From Candidatus Multivoradales bacterium (lineage in GTDB: Bacteria; Acidobacteriota; Thermoanaerobaculia; Multivoradales; Multivoraceae): DNA of 64,000 nucleotides. Position 1 is the first letter of the stretch; the number at the start of each line of letters is the position of its first letter. Location: positions 864,001 through 928,000 of the forward strand of contig CBDCWI010000002.1 of assembly GCA_965223325.1 (NCBI GenBank). The letters run 5' to 3'. The notes beneath the pieces were generated by a model that worked only from the letters and a program-made list of their open reading frames with translations, was not told the DNA's origin and did not search any database. This document shows, one piece after another, positions 20,230-29,359 of this stretch. The translations under genes were made by a program, and so were the position numbers.

Positions 20230-21364
20230 ACACGCCGGCTCCGAGGTCCGGCTCCGGCCTCTCGATCGAGTCTTCTGTGCCGGCGGCTGCTGCGCGTGAT
20301 CGAGGCACCGGTCGGTGCGGCACGACACCTCGGGGAGGTGGGTACTCGTCGATGAAACCCCGATACGCCTCGTAGGCCGGCTTGGGTCGTTCGTTCGGGC
20401 TCAGGATTCCGTACTTTGAAACCTCTGGGCGGGGATCATCGATCAGCTCGTAGAAGAACACCTTCGAGAGCCAGGCGCGCCCGGTGTCACCCGCGAACCA
20501 CTGGTCGAGAAAGCCGCGGTAGTAGAGCGCCTGCCGCTGTTCATCGAGGCGGCTGGTTGTCCAACCGGTCTCGGTGAGCCAGACCGGCCCGCTCCAGGAA
20601 AAGGCATCCAGTACCTCGCGCAGCGACGGCGCCACCAGGGCCCACCCGGCCGGGTCAGACCCGAAGATCGTTCGCCCATCGAGCTTCTCGGTCAGGTCGT
20701 CGGGACCGTCGCGGTCGTAGGCGTGGTGGGTCAGAAAGTCGAGGTCGTCGGCCGCTTCTTGTAGGACCGCAGCGAGCCAGGCGTACCAGTCCCGCTCGCC
20801 CGAAGTGAGGTGTGCCAGTGCTGGACCCCCGATCTGGGCGTCGGAGCGCGCCGCCCTGATGGCTCGGGCACCGGGTGTGAGAATCACATCGAGATACTCA
20901 CGCCGGGTGCCGGCCCAGAACTCGCTCAGGTTGGGCTCGTTCCACACCTCCCAGAACCGGATCCGGCCGCCGTAACGCTCCGCCGCCTGCTGACAGAACG
21001 CCTCCCACTCTCTCGGGTCGCGCGGGACACCGGAGAACGGCGGACCGTCGGTTGCCCACTCGGGGGTAAACGCAACCATGGCGAGCACTTCGAGGTGCCG
21101 TGCCGCTGCGGCCGCCACGATGTCGTCGTAGACCTGCCAGTCGAAGACGCCACGCTCGGGCTCGACCCAGGCCCAGATGAAGTCGATCCGCACCCACGAG
21201 ATGCCGGCACGCTCGACGGAGTCAAACAGGCGCTCGAGCTGTTCGTTCTGCGGAGCGTGCACGTTGATGCCGTAGGGCGAGCCCACGCCTTGACCGCGAA
21301 GCGGGTCGGCAGTGGTGATGGAGAGCACGGTCAGGAGACTGAGCAGAGCGGCAAGGCGAGCCAT
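20156..21364 (-). CDS. Secreted clan GH-A glycoside hydrolase (GH5/GH39-like)
   Basis: Signal peptide; WEVWNEPN acid/base and WLTETGW nucleophile motifs. Confidence 0.8.
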   Translation of the reverse strand: MARLAALLSLLTVLSITTADPLRGQGVGSPYGINVHAPQNEQLERLFDSVERAGISWVRIDFIWAWVEPERGVFDWQVYDDIVAAAAARHLEVLAMVAFTPEWATDGPPFSGVPRDPREWEAFCQQAAERYGGRIRFWEVWNEPNLSEFWAGTRREYLDVILTPGARAIRAARSDAQIGGPALAHLTSGERDWYAWLAAVLQEAADDLDFLTHHAYDRDGPDDLTEKLDGRTIFGSDPAGWALVAPSLREVLDAFSWSGPVWLTETGWTTSRLDEQRQALYYRGFLDQWFAGDTGRAWLSKVFFYELIDDPRPEVSKYGILSPNERPKPAYEAYRGFIDEYPPPRGVVPHRPVPRSRAAAAGTEDSIERPEPDLGAGVSRGSRVENRRSRWPRRSRVETRHQ

Positions 21365-21491
21365 GGCATTGCTCCAGAGGACGGTCCACGAAGAGTGGAG
21401 CCAAACACAAAGCGAACGACGATCCGCAACACCTGACCCTACAGGAGTCGAACCGCGAGAGTCCGCCAGCGTTCTGTATCCTGCCGACGTG

Positions 21492-22235
21492 ATGGTGCGG
21501 GTGAAGAGTGCGCAGCAGCCTGGAACCTTCCTTCTGGCAGCGCTCTGGTGCGCTGCTCTCTGTGGAAACGTCGGAGCGGCACGTGCTGTCGAGGTCAGCT
21601 ACGGTGTCGACGCCTTTTCGCGCTACGTCTGGCGCGGCATCACCCTCAGTGACGGGCCCGTTCTTCAGCCGAGCGTAAGGCTCTCGCACCAGCTGGCGAA
21701 ACGTCACACGCTAACGGGCATGGTCTGGGGCAATGTCGACCTCGAAGACGGCAACGACACCGCGGGGGACTGGAACGAGCTCGACCTGACGGTCGACTAC
21801 GGCTTCAACGCTCGCCGCTTCCGTCTTGCGCTTGGACTCAAGCAGTACACCTTCCCGAATACTGGCTTTCGGAACACCTGCGAGTTCTTTGTTCGCATCG
21901 AAGCACGCACCCTGGTCAAGCCGGTCCTGACTCTCTACTACGACTTCGGTGAGATTGACGACCCGTACGTCAACCTGGCGCTCGCGATCGACCGCACCAT
22001 CACGGCGAACTGGCGCTACCGTCTCGCGTTGTCGGCAGGCTACGCCGGAAGTGACTTCGCGATCGCAGGTCAACGCGGGTTGCACGACGGCAACCTCACT
22101 CTCGAGCTCACGCACGAGCGCGGGCGCCTGCGGCTTGGCGGACTCGTCGGCTGGACCGAGTCGCTCGACGAAGAGGTGTTGTTCACACAACCGGCGGGCG
22201 GTTGGGCTGGAGTGCGCATGAGCATGACCTTCTGA
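21492..22235 (+). CDS. Putative outer-membrane beta-barrel protein (TorF/Gcw_chp-like)
   Basis: SRYVWRG...PVLQP, WNELDLTVDY, C-terminal Phe; signal peptide; start uncertain. Confidence 0.7.
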   Translation: MVRVKSAQQPGTFLLAALWCAALCGNVGAARAVEVSYGVDAFSRYVWRGITLSDGPVLQPSVRLSHQLAKRHTLTGMVWGNVDLEDGNDTAGDWNELDLTVDYGFNARRFRLALGLKQYTFPNTGFRNTCEFFVRIEARTLVKPVLTLYYDFGEIDDPYVNLALAIDRTITANWRYRLALSAGYAGSDFAIAGQRGLHDGNLTLELTHERGRLRLGGLVGWTESLDEEVLFTQPAGGWAGVRMSMTF

Positions 22236-22384
22236 TTGTCACCCCGACGAGGGGATCGTGGCTGGCTAACGCGAGTCGAGCCCAGGCACGAAACCAGCGA
22301 TAGCGGTTCGCCGTACTACCACTAGCCCCCGCCCTGCCCGCCGACCGACCAGAACCAACCGCCCCACAACTGAGAGAGAGAGAG

Positions 22385-24889
22385 ATGAACCTCCTCCATC
22401 ACCTCCGCATTGGTTGCCGAGTGCTCGCCAAGAGTCCCGGGCTCGTACTGATCGCCGGGCTCTCACTGGGCCTCGGCATCGGAGCCAACACGGCGATCTT
22501 CTCGATCCTGCATCACAGTCTCTACAGCCTGCCGGGCGTCGAAGCGCCCGAAGAGCTGGTCAACGTGTACACCCGTCGCGAAACCGGCAGTACACACTCC
22601 ACCAACTCGATTGCAGATCTTGCCGACCTGCGGGCGCAATCGCGCGCCTTCGAAGAACTGGCGGGCTCCTCCTGGGCACTGGCCAACGTCGAGATCGGCG
22701 GCGATCCGACGATGCAGATCGCTTCTTTGGTCTCACCCGGCTACTTCGAGATGCTCGGCATCCGACCGCAGCGCGGCCGGCTCTGGAGCGACGACGAGCT
22801 CGTCCCGAACGGTCCGCCGGCGGTGCTGGTGACCGACCGCTTCTGGCGGTCCGCGCTCGGCGAGCGCAAGGACATCGTGGGCGAGAGACTGCGCGTCGGA
22901 ACGGTCGACTTTACCGTGACGGGGGTTCTCCCGGAAGGCTTTCACGGCATTCTGCGCGGGCTCGAGCCCGAGCTCTTCTTCCCCACCGCTGTCGTCGAGG
23001 TGGTCAGTCCGGCGGGTGAGATCGCCACTGAGGGGCGCCGCGGCGACCAGACTCTCTACGAGTGGCGGGGCTACCGCTTCATGACACTGACCGGAAGATT
23101 GGCCGAAGGCGAAACGGCGGGGAGCGCTCAGGCGGAGCTCACCAACCTGATGGCGAACCTCGAAGCAGCTCACCCTGAGTCGAACCACGACCTGACCCTG
23201 GCGGCGTTCCCGACGCTTTCGGTTCGCGTTCACCCAGACCTCGACAGCACTTTTCTCCCCGCCGCCACCCTGGTGATGGTGATGGTCGGCCTGGTGTTGT
23301 TGGTGGCCTGCGCCAACGTTGCGAACCTCCTCCTGGCACGGGCGACAGGACGACGGCGCGAAATCGGCGTCCGCCTGGCGCTGGGCGCCCCACGTCGTGA
23401 CCTCTTGGCGCAGCTCCTGACCGAGAGTGGCCTGTTGGCGATGGTTGGTACGGCAATCGGCCTTCTGGTTGCGTTCTTCGCCCTACGAGGCGTCCGTCTG
23501 ATGCGCCTGGACCTGCCGGTCTCGCCCGTTTTCGAGCCGCGCATCGAGGTGCCGGTGTTGTTGTTCACCGCTGGCATCGCCGCCCTGACTGGAATCGCTT
23601 GTGGACTGGCGCCGGCGCTGCAAGCTGTGGGCACCAACCTGGTCGGTGCGCTCAAGTCCGAAGCCAGTAGCCCAGGGAACCCGAGAACCTCGGCAACCGG
23701 AATCCGGCGCCTTCTGCCGACGATGGGCTCGGGGTTGGTGGTCAGCCAGGTCGCTCTTTCGCTGATCCTGGTCGTCGGCGCCTCGCTGCTGGCGCGCAGC
23801 GTCCTGGCTGCTCGCGATGTCGCCCTGGGTTACGACGCCGACAGTATCGGGGCGATCACAATCGACCTCGCTGCCCTCGAGCTCGACCGCGACGCCACTC
23901 GTGCCGCTTTCGAGCGCCTGGAACAGGCTGCGACGAGTGTCGCAGGGGTCGAAGCCGCAGGCGTTACCACCCGCATGCCCCTCGGGCTCAACATGTGGCG
24001 GGCGAACTTCTTCATTCCCGGGATTCGCGAGCGTGAAGACGACCCACCCCTCAACCTCGAGATCAGCCACGCCAACAACAACTACTTCGATGCGATGGAG
24101 CTCGAAGCGCTCGAGGGGCGCTTGTTCCGCAGCAGCGACCGCCCGGACACGCCCCACGTCGCCGTCGTCACGCGCGCCATGGCGGAGCGTTTCTGGCCTG
24201 GCGAGAGCTCGCTCGGCAAACGCTTTCGCACCAACCACATCGACGGCGATGAAGTCGCGATCGTGGGCGTCGTTCCAGATCACAAGGTCATCACCCCGGG
24301 CGAACCCGCGCGACCCCTCGTCTACTTCCCGTGGAGTCAACGCGGCGGAAACAGCTTCGCCATCGTCAACTACCGCTCGCGCGGCGACGCAGCCGCTGTT
24401 CTTGGCGAGGTCAAGAGGGCGATCGCCAAGGCCGAGCCGGGCGGCTTCGTCGCCGACGCCAGCACCCTGGGCCGCATGCGCGATGCGATCCTCCTCCCCG
24501 TGCGCGCCGGTGGCGCCGTGTTCTCGGGCATGGCCCTCTTGGCGCTGGTACTCGCCGGAACCGGTCTAGCCGGGCTGATCGCCTATCGCACCGCGTCGCG
24601 ACGTCGCGAGATCGGACTGCGCATGGCCCTCGGCGCTGCGAGATCGCGCGTCGCCAGCGAAGTCCTTCGGGACAGCCTGAGGCTGGTCCTCGCAGGCAGT
24701 GCCCTCGGTCTCCTGGGAGTCCTGATCCTCGGGCAACTGCTCCAAACCGTGCTCTACGTCTCGCCATGGGACCCCATCTCCCTGGTCGGCGGCGTACTCG
24801 TTCTCATCCTGGTTGCCTCCCTGGCAAGCCTCGTTCCCGCCCGCCGCGCGGCTTCCGTCGACCCACTCACCGCCCTCCGCCAGGCCTGA
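22385..24889 (+). CDS. Duplicated MacB/FtsX ABC permease (ADOP-type orphan permease)
   Basis: LGLGIGANTAIFS, LLVACANVANLLLAR...REIGVRLALGA, second RREIGLRMALGA, VPARRAASVDP; no adjacent ATPase. Confidence 0.92.
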   Translation: MNLLHHLRIGCRVLAKSPGLVLIAGLSLGLGIGANTAIFSILHHSLYSLPGVEAPEELVNVYTRRETGSTHSTNSIADLADLRAQSRAFEELAGSSWALANVEIGGDPTMQIASLVSPGYFEMLGIRPQRGRLWSDDELVPNGPPAVLVTDRFWRSALGERKDIVGERLRVGTVDFTVTGVLPEGFHGILRGLEPELFFPTAVVEVVSPAGEIATEGRRGDQTLYEWRGYRFMTLTGRLAEGETAGSAQAELTNLMANLEAAHPESNHDLTLAAFPTLSVRVHPDLDSTFLPAATLVMVMVGLVLLVACANVANLLLARATGRRREIGVRLALGAPRRDLLAQLLTESGLLAMVGTAIGLLVAFFALRGVRLMRLDLPVSPVFEPRIEVPVLLFTAGIAALTGIACGLAPALQAVGTNLVGALKSEASSPGNPRTSATGIRRLLPTMGSGLVVSQVALSLILVVGASLLARSVLAARDVALGYDADSIGAITIDLAALELDRDATRAAFERLEQAATSVAGVEAAGVTTRMPLGLNMWRANFFIPGIREREDDPPLNLEISHANNNYFDAMELEALEGRLFRSSDRPDTPHVAVVTRAMAERFWPGESSLGKRFRTNHIDGDEVAIVGVVPDHKVITPGEPARPLVYFPWSQRGGNSFAIVNYRSRGDAAAVLGEVKRAIAKAEPGGFVADASTLGRMRDAILLPVRAGGAVFSGMALLALVLAGTGLAGLIAYRTASRRREIGLRMALGAARSRVASEVLRDSLRLVLAGSALGLLGVLILGQLLQTVLYVSPWDPISLVGGVLVLILVASLASLVPARRAASVDPLTALRQA

Positions 24890-24917
24890 GCCCCAGAAAC
24901 CCCAGCAACCCATCCCC

Positions 24918-24943
24918 CGCACCCGGGTGGGGACCCGGGTGCG
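24918..24943. terminator. Perfect GC hairpin between convergent genes
   Basis: CGCACCCGGGT-GGGG-ACCCGGGTGCG, 11-bp stem; no U-tract. Confidence 0.5.
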
Positions 24944-25025
24944 CGGCCGCCCCCGGAATCGTGGGGACGGCGCCTCTCAGGGTGGACCTGAAGGACTCAG
25001 GCCGCGGCGGTAACCCGTCCGTCGA

Positions 25026-25817
25026 TCAGTGACCGCGGGCCCAGGTCACGTGCACCAGGTGACGGGTCCCATCGGCGTCGATGCGGATGAAGACTTCCTG
25101 CTGGCCACGGCGCCCCAACGAAATACCCCAACCCGGGGGAGTGTTCGCCGTCGAGGACTTGTTGCACCCCTTACCGGGCGGGGCGTTACAACCGCCTCCT
25201 CCGCCCGGAGAGCCTCCGTCGTAGGAGTTGTAGGTGTCGAGATGACCGTACTGGGTCTCGAGCTGGTCGAAATCATGGCCATTCGGGAACTCGAACGGTG
25301 GGTCCTGATAGTCCATGCAGGAAAACAGTGACTGATTGTCGAAGTCCTCGTCCTGGTGGCCAAGACCAACGTTGTGACCAAGTTCCTGGCAGGTGACGCT
25401 CTGTTTCCAGTCCGGAGAGTTGTAGTAGCTCTGAGAGAAGTACGTGTCGTTCAGCTTGGTGTAGCCGGTCGTGATGTGGCCGTTGTTATCCAACGAAATG
25501 CCGGCGATACCCAGCCACCCGGTGTTCCCGTAGGTGTCGTTGCAGATGCGCACCTGACCACTGCCACCTTGGCACCGACGGCGGACCCTCTTGGCATCGC
25601 TGCCTGACGACTCCACCATGTTGAGAACGCTCGAACTCGACCAGTCCCCGACTGCCTGCTCCACATAGGGGTCCCAATCAGACGTCGTACTGTTGACGAC
25701 GGTGAGATCGAAGCTGCTCGTTGTCCTGGCCCAGTGATAGTCGCCCCAACTGTGATCGGCGTACACCAGTCCTCCACACGTGCAAAGACAGAGAAAAACC
25801 AATAACCCCCGCTTCAT
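25026..25817 (-). CDS. Secreted metzincin-like (matrixin-like) protein with QExxHxxGxxH variant
   Basis: Signal peptide; CQELGHNVGLGHQDE and Met-turn SCMDY; AAGGAG RBS. Confidence 0.7.
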   Translation of the reverse strand: MKRGLLVFLCLCTCGGLVYADHSWGDYHWARTTSSFDLTVVNSTTSDWDPYVEQAVGDWSSSSVLNMVESSGSDAKRVRRRCQGGSGQVRICNDTYGNTGWLGIAGISLDNNGHITTGYTKLNDTYFSQSYYNSPDWKQSVTCQELGHNVGLGHQDEDFDNQSLFSCMDYQDPPFEFPNGHDFDQLETQYGHLDTYNSYDGGSPGGGGGCNAPPGKGCNKSSTANTPPGWGISLGRRGQQEVFIRIDADGTRHLVHVTWARGH

Positions 25818-26021
25818 ATCTGACTCCTTTCAAGGAAAACGGATTTGCACTAGTTTTACACCTCTGTGCATATCCGTCAAACCACACCGAAAGACCAGGG
25901 TTGTCGGTCCCCTTTGGGGAACTCCAGGAGCAGAGTACTTCGGGCGACGACCCCACGAGTCTGCTGAGCGACGAGGAGAAGCGTCTGTGTTCGAACCCTG
26001 AGGTGGTCGCCGTTGCTCCGG

Positions 26022-28778
26022 TCAGTCGTGGCGAAGGGCTTCGCTGGGGGCGATGCTGGCTGCGCGGCGGGCCGGGATCAGGCAGGCGAGGGCGGCGCTC
26101 GCGAGCAGGGTTCCGGTGACCAGGGCGATGGTGACGGGATCGGTCGGCGACACGCCGTAGAGAATCGCGCTCAGTGAACGGGCGGCGACGAGTCCGAGGC
26201 CGACACCCATGGCCAGACCGATGGCGGTTAGAAGAACGCCGCGTTGCAAGACCATGGTGATGATCTCGCGGTAGCTTGCGCCAAGTGCCAGGCGCACTCC
26301 GATTTCATGTGTGCGGCGCCCGACCGAGTAGGCAAGCACCCCGTAGAGTCCGACGGCCGCCATCAAGAGACCCAGGATCCCGAAGAGGCCGAAGAAGATC
26401 GCCGCCAGTCGAGGCAGCGACATCACCGGCGCCATCAAATCTCCAATCGGGCCGAGGGCGCTGACCGCCAGGTGGGGATCCTGCTTGCGAATCGCCCGAC
26501 GAACGAGCGACGTCGCCGCCAGGTCGGCGCGATCGAAGCGCACAATAGCCGTCCGTGAGCTAGAACCAAACTGGTCGATGGGCAGCCAGATGTGCCAACG
26601 CGGTGCCTCCCCGAGAACGCGGTAGGAACCGTCCGCCGCAACACCGACGACTTCGAAGGGTTCACCCTCCGGGCTAGTCCAGAAGTGCTGACCCAGCGCC
26701 TCCTCGCCCGGCCAGAGATCGTCGGCCATGACCCGGCTGACGACCGCCGTGCGCGCCGCACCTTCGCGGTCACGCTCGTCGAGCACACGACCATGGATCA
26801 GCGGAATCTGCATGGTCTCGAAGTAGCCCGGGCCGACGAACGCGGTATCGGCGCGCGGCCATTGGTCGAGCGGCACTTCGAGGCGGCTGCGGTCGGCGAT
26901 ATCCCAGGTGTTGATCCACATCGTGAGCGGAACGTGACTAGCGGTGCTGACCGAAACCACCCCAGGAGCGCCTGCCAGGTCTTCGGTCAGCTGGCTGTAG
27001 AACTGCGTCGCTTGCTCGTCGTTGTAGCCCTGGAGCTCCGGATCGAGCTGCGCGACGACGACACCATCGGGCTCGAAGCCGAGGTCCATGTTGACCGCGT
27101 TGCGTGCCGAGCGCGCCGTGAGAACCGCCACCACCAGAAGCAAAGCTGACAGCGCGACCTGCACGACCACCAGACTGCTCTGCAGGCGAATGCCGCGACG
27201 GGAACCGCCGCTGCGCTCTTGATTGTCGCGCAGAATGCCCGAGCTTCCCGACAGGCTTTCGAAGGCCGGCACCAGGCCAAACACCACTGCCGTCACGAAC
27301 GCCAGACCCGCGGTCGCTGCCAGCACGCGGTGGTCGATCTGAAGCCCTAGTTCGATGGGAATGAAGAGTGCGAAATCGAAGCGACCGAGGAGCGCCTGGA
27401 ATGCTGCTACCACTATCACCGACAGAAGTGCACCGAGCACCGCGAGGACGAGGCTCTCGACCATCAACTGACGGAGCAGTCGGCCGCGCCCGGCGCCGAG
27501 TGATCTGCGTAGCGCCAGCTCGCCACGACGGGCGATCCCGCGCGCCAGCAGCATATTGGCGAGATTGGCGCACGCGATCAAGAGCACCAGTCCCACCAGT
27601 GCGAGCAGAATCGCCGAGCCGACTTCGAGTCCGTCATCGACTGCCGAGATCAGGCGCACGTCATGGAGGGCCATGCTGATGAACTCGACCTGCTCGTTGC
27701 TGTCGGGGTACTCGGATGCGATCTGTAAACCACGCGCGCCGACCGCGGCTTCGGCCTCACTGAAGGACACACCCGGGTCGCGCCTGGCAATCGTCCACAG
27801 CCAGCGTCGACCACGCTGCTCAACGAGCGGCAGGCCATTGCTCGACGACCCGCTGCTTTGCATGGGCGCCGCCTCGATCGCCAGACCCCAGTGCAGCGGC
27901 ATCCACAGTTCCGGTCCCAACGACCGAAACAGGCCGGTGAACTCGGGGGGCGCAACGCCGACGATCGTCGCGATCTCACCGTTGACCCTCACCGTCTTAC
28001 CGACCACGTCGCGGGCACCGCCAAAGCGCATTCGCCACGCTCGATCAGAAAGCACAACCACCGGCTGGAAGCCGGCGGCGCCGTCATCGTCGGCCTGCAA
28101 CAGACGCCCGAGCCGGGGCTTGACACCGAGCAGCTCGAAGTAGGTGCCGCTCGCCATCTCGACCACCGCAAGCTCGGCCTGACCGTCGACCTCGAGCGCC
28201 ACCCGGCTCATCGCATAGGCGGAAACCGTCTCGAGTTCTGGCAACGAACGCAGGTCTTGGATGTCGGGGTACGACATGGGCTCGGTCGGAAAGAAGCCGT
28301 TGGGCTGCACGGTGTAGAGCCGCATGACCTCATCCGGACGCTCGACCGGATACGGCCGCAGGAGCAGCGCGTCAACGAGGCTGAACACCGAAACGTTGAG
28401 CCCGATACCGAGCGCCAGAGTCAGCGCCGCCACCAGGGCAAAGCCAGGGTCACGGCGTAAGCGGCGCATCGCAAGTCGAAAGTCGGAGCGCAGTCCCGTC
28501 AACCAGCCGCTCGCCCCCGACCCCGACTCGACCGCCGCGGGTGTCAGCCCGCGGCGACGTGGGTGCCTGGCCAGGTTCGCCGCCAGCTCCTCAAAGCCCG
28601 GCGCTTGCAGGTCGAGAAAGCGCTCGAACGCCACCTCATCACGATCACCGTTTTCGGACTCCCAGGCGTCGCGCAGAATCTGTGCCAGCTCCTCAACCAC
28701 CTCGACCTCGTCGGCCGGATCGAGACCCAACCGCGGCAGGTTCGACCGCACGATCGCTTCCCAGTCGCGCTCAGACAT
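26022..28778 (-). CDS. Duplicated MacB/FtsX ABC permease (ADOP-type) with N-terminal extension
   Basis: LALGIGLNVSVFS, LLIACANLANMLLAR, HEIGVRLALGA, IPARRAA; overlaps the padR stop. Confidence 0.92.
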   Translation of the reverse strand: MSERDWEAIVRSNLPRLGLDPADEVEVVEELAQILRDAWESENGDRDEVAFERFLDLQAPGFEELAANLARHPRRRGLTPAAVESGSGASGWLTGLRSDFRLAMRRLRRDPGFALVAALTLALGIGLNVSVFSLVDALLLRPYPVERPDEVMRLYTVQPNGFFPTEPMSYPDIQDLRSLPELETVSAYAMSRVALEVDGQAELAVVEMASGTYFELLGVKPRLGRLLQADDDGAAGFQPVVVLSDRAWRMRFGGARDVVGKTVRVNGEIATIVGVAPPEFTGLFRSLGPELWMPLHWGLAIEAAPMQSSGSSSNGLPLVEQRGRRWLWTIARRDPGVSFSEAEAAVGARGLQIASEYPDSNEQVEFISMALHDVRLISAVDDGLEVGSAILLALVGLVLLIACANLANMLLARGIARRGELALRRSLGAGRGRLLRQLMVESLVLAVLGALLSVIVVAAFQALLGRFDFALFIPIELGLQIDHRVLAATAGLAFVTAVVFGLVPAFESLSGSSGILRDNQERSGGSRRGIRLQSSLVVVQVALSALLLVVAVLTARSARNAVNMDLGFEPDGVVVAQLDPELQGYNDEQATQFYSQLTEDLAGAPGVVSVSTASHVPLTMWINTWDIADRSRLEVPLDQWPRADTAFVGPGYFETMQIPLIHGRVLDERDREGAARTAVVSRVMADDLWPGEEALGQHFWTSPEGEPFEVVGVAADGSYRVLGEAPRWHIWLPIDQFGSSSRTAIVRFDRADLAATSLVRRAIRKQDPHLAVSALGPIGDLMAPVMSLPRLAAIFFGLFGILGLLMAAVGLYGVLAYSVGRRTHEIGVRLALGASYREIITMVLQRGVLLTAIGLAMGVGLGLVAARSLSAILYGVSPTDPVTIALVTGTLLASAALACLIPARRAASIAPSEALRHD

Positions 28779-29130
28779 CACGCCCTCCAATCAATGCCTC
28801 TTCGAGATCAAAACCCACGATCTGGTGCACCGCACGAATGAACTCGAGCCACTCCGCGCGCTCGACCCCGAGCGCATCGCGGCCGCGTTTGGTCAGTCGG
28901 TAGAAGCGCCTCCGCCGCTCCCCCGCCTTCTCCACCCAGCGACCACGAATCCAACCCCGCTCCTCGAGTCGCGAAAGCAGGGTGTAGAGCGACGCCACGT
29001 GAAACACCAGCGCGCCGTCCGAGCGCCGTTCGATCTGTTTGGCGATTTCATAGCCGTGCCGATCACGCTCGCCAAGGAGCGACAGCACCAGCATGTCGGC
29101 CGCTCCTTTCTTTCGTTCCCGATCTCGCAT
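28771..29130 (-). CDS. PadR-family transcriptional regulator (acidobacterial type)
   Basis: HGYEIAKQIE...SLYTLLSRLEERGWI...RRRFYRLT; upstream of the ADOP permease. Confidence 0.92.
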   Translation of the reverse strand: MRDRERKKGAADMLVLSLLGERDRHGYEIAKQIERRSDGALVFHVASLYTLLSRLEERGWIRGRWVEKAGERRRRFYRLTKRGRDALGVERAEWLEFIRAVHQIVGFDLEEALIGGRDV

Positions 29131-29138
29131 CGCGGACT

Positions 29139-29165
29139 CCTATAGATGGTAATACCACCTATAGG
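29139..29165. promoter_or_regulatory. Palindromic operator upstream of padR (probable autoregulatory site)
   Basis: CCTATAGATGGTA-A-TACCACCTATAGG, 13-bp arms with 1 mismatch, 8 bp upstream of the padR start. Confidence 0.7.
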
Positions 29166-29359
29166 TACGCAACAGGTACCGGCCAGGTTTCAAACGAGGC
29201 GGGCATCGTGGCGCGGCGGCCCAGGCTTCCCTCCAGAGACCTCCGAACCACCGTTCCAACGAAGGCACGAATCCGCGGCGCGCGACCAACGAATCGAAGT
29301 CTCATCAAGCACCATCAGGGCGGAAACCACAGCAGGCAACACCCGCAACGGACCGCTTG

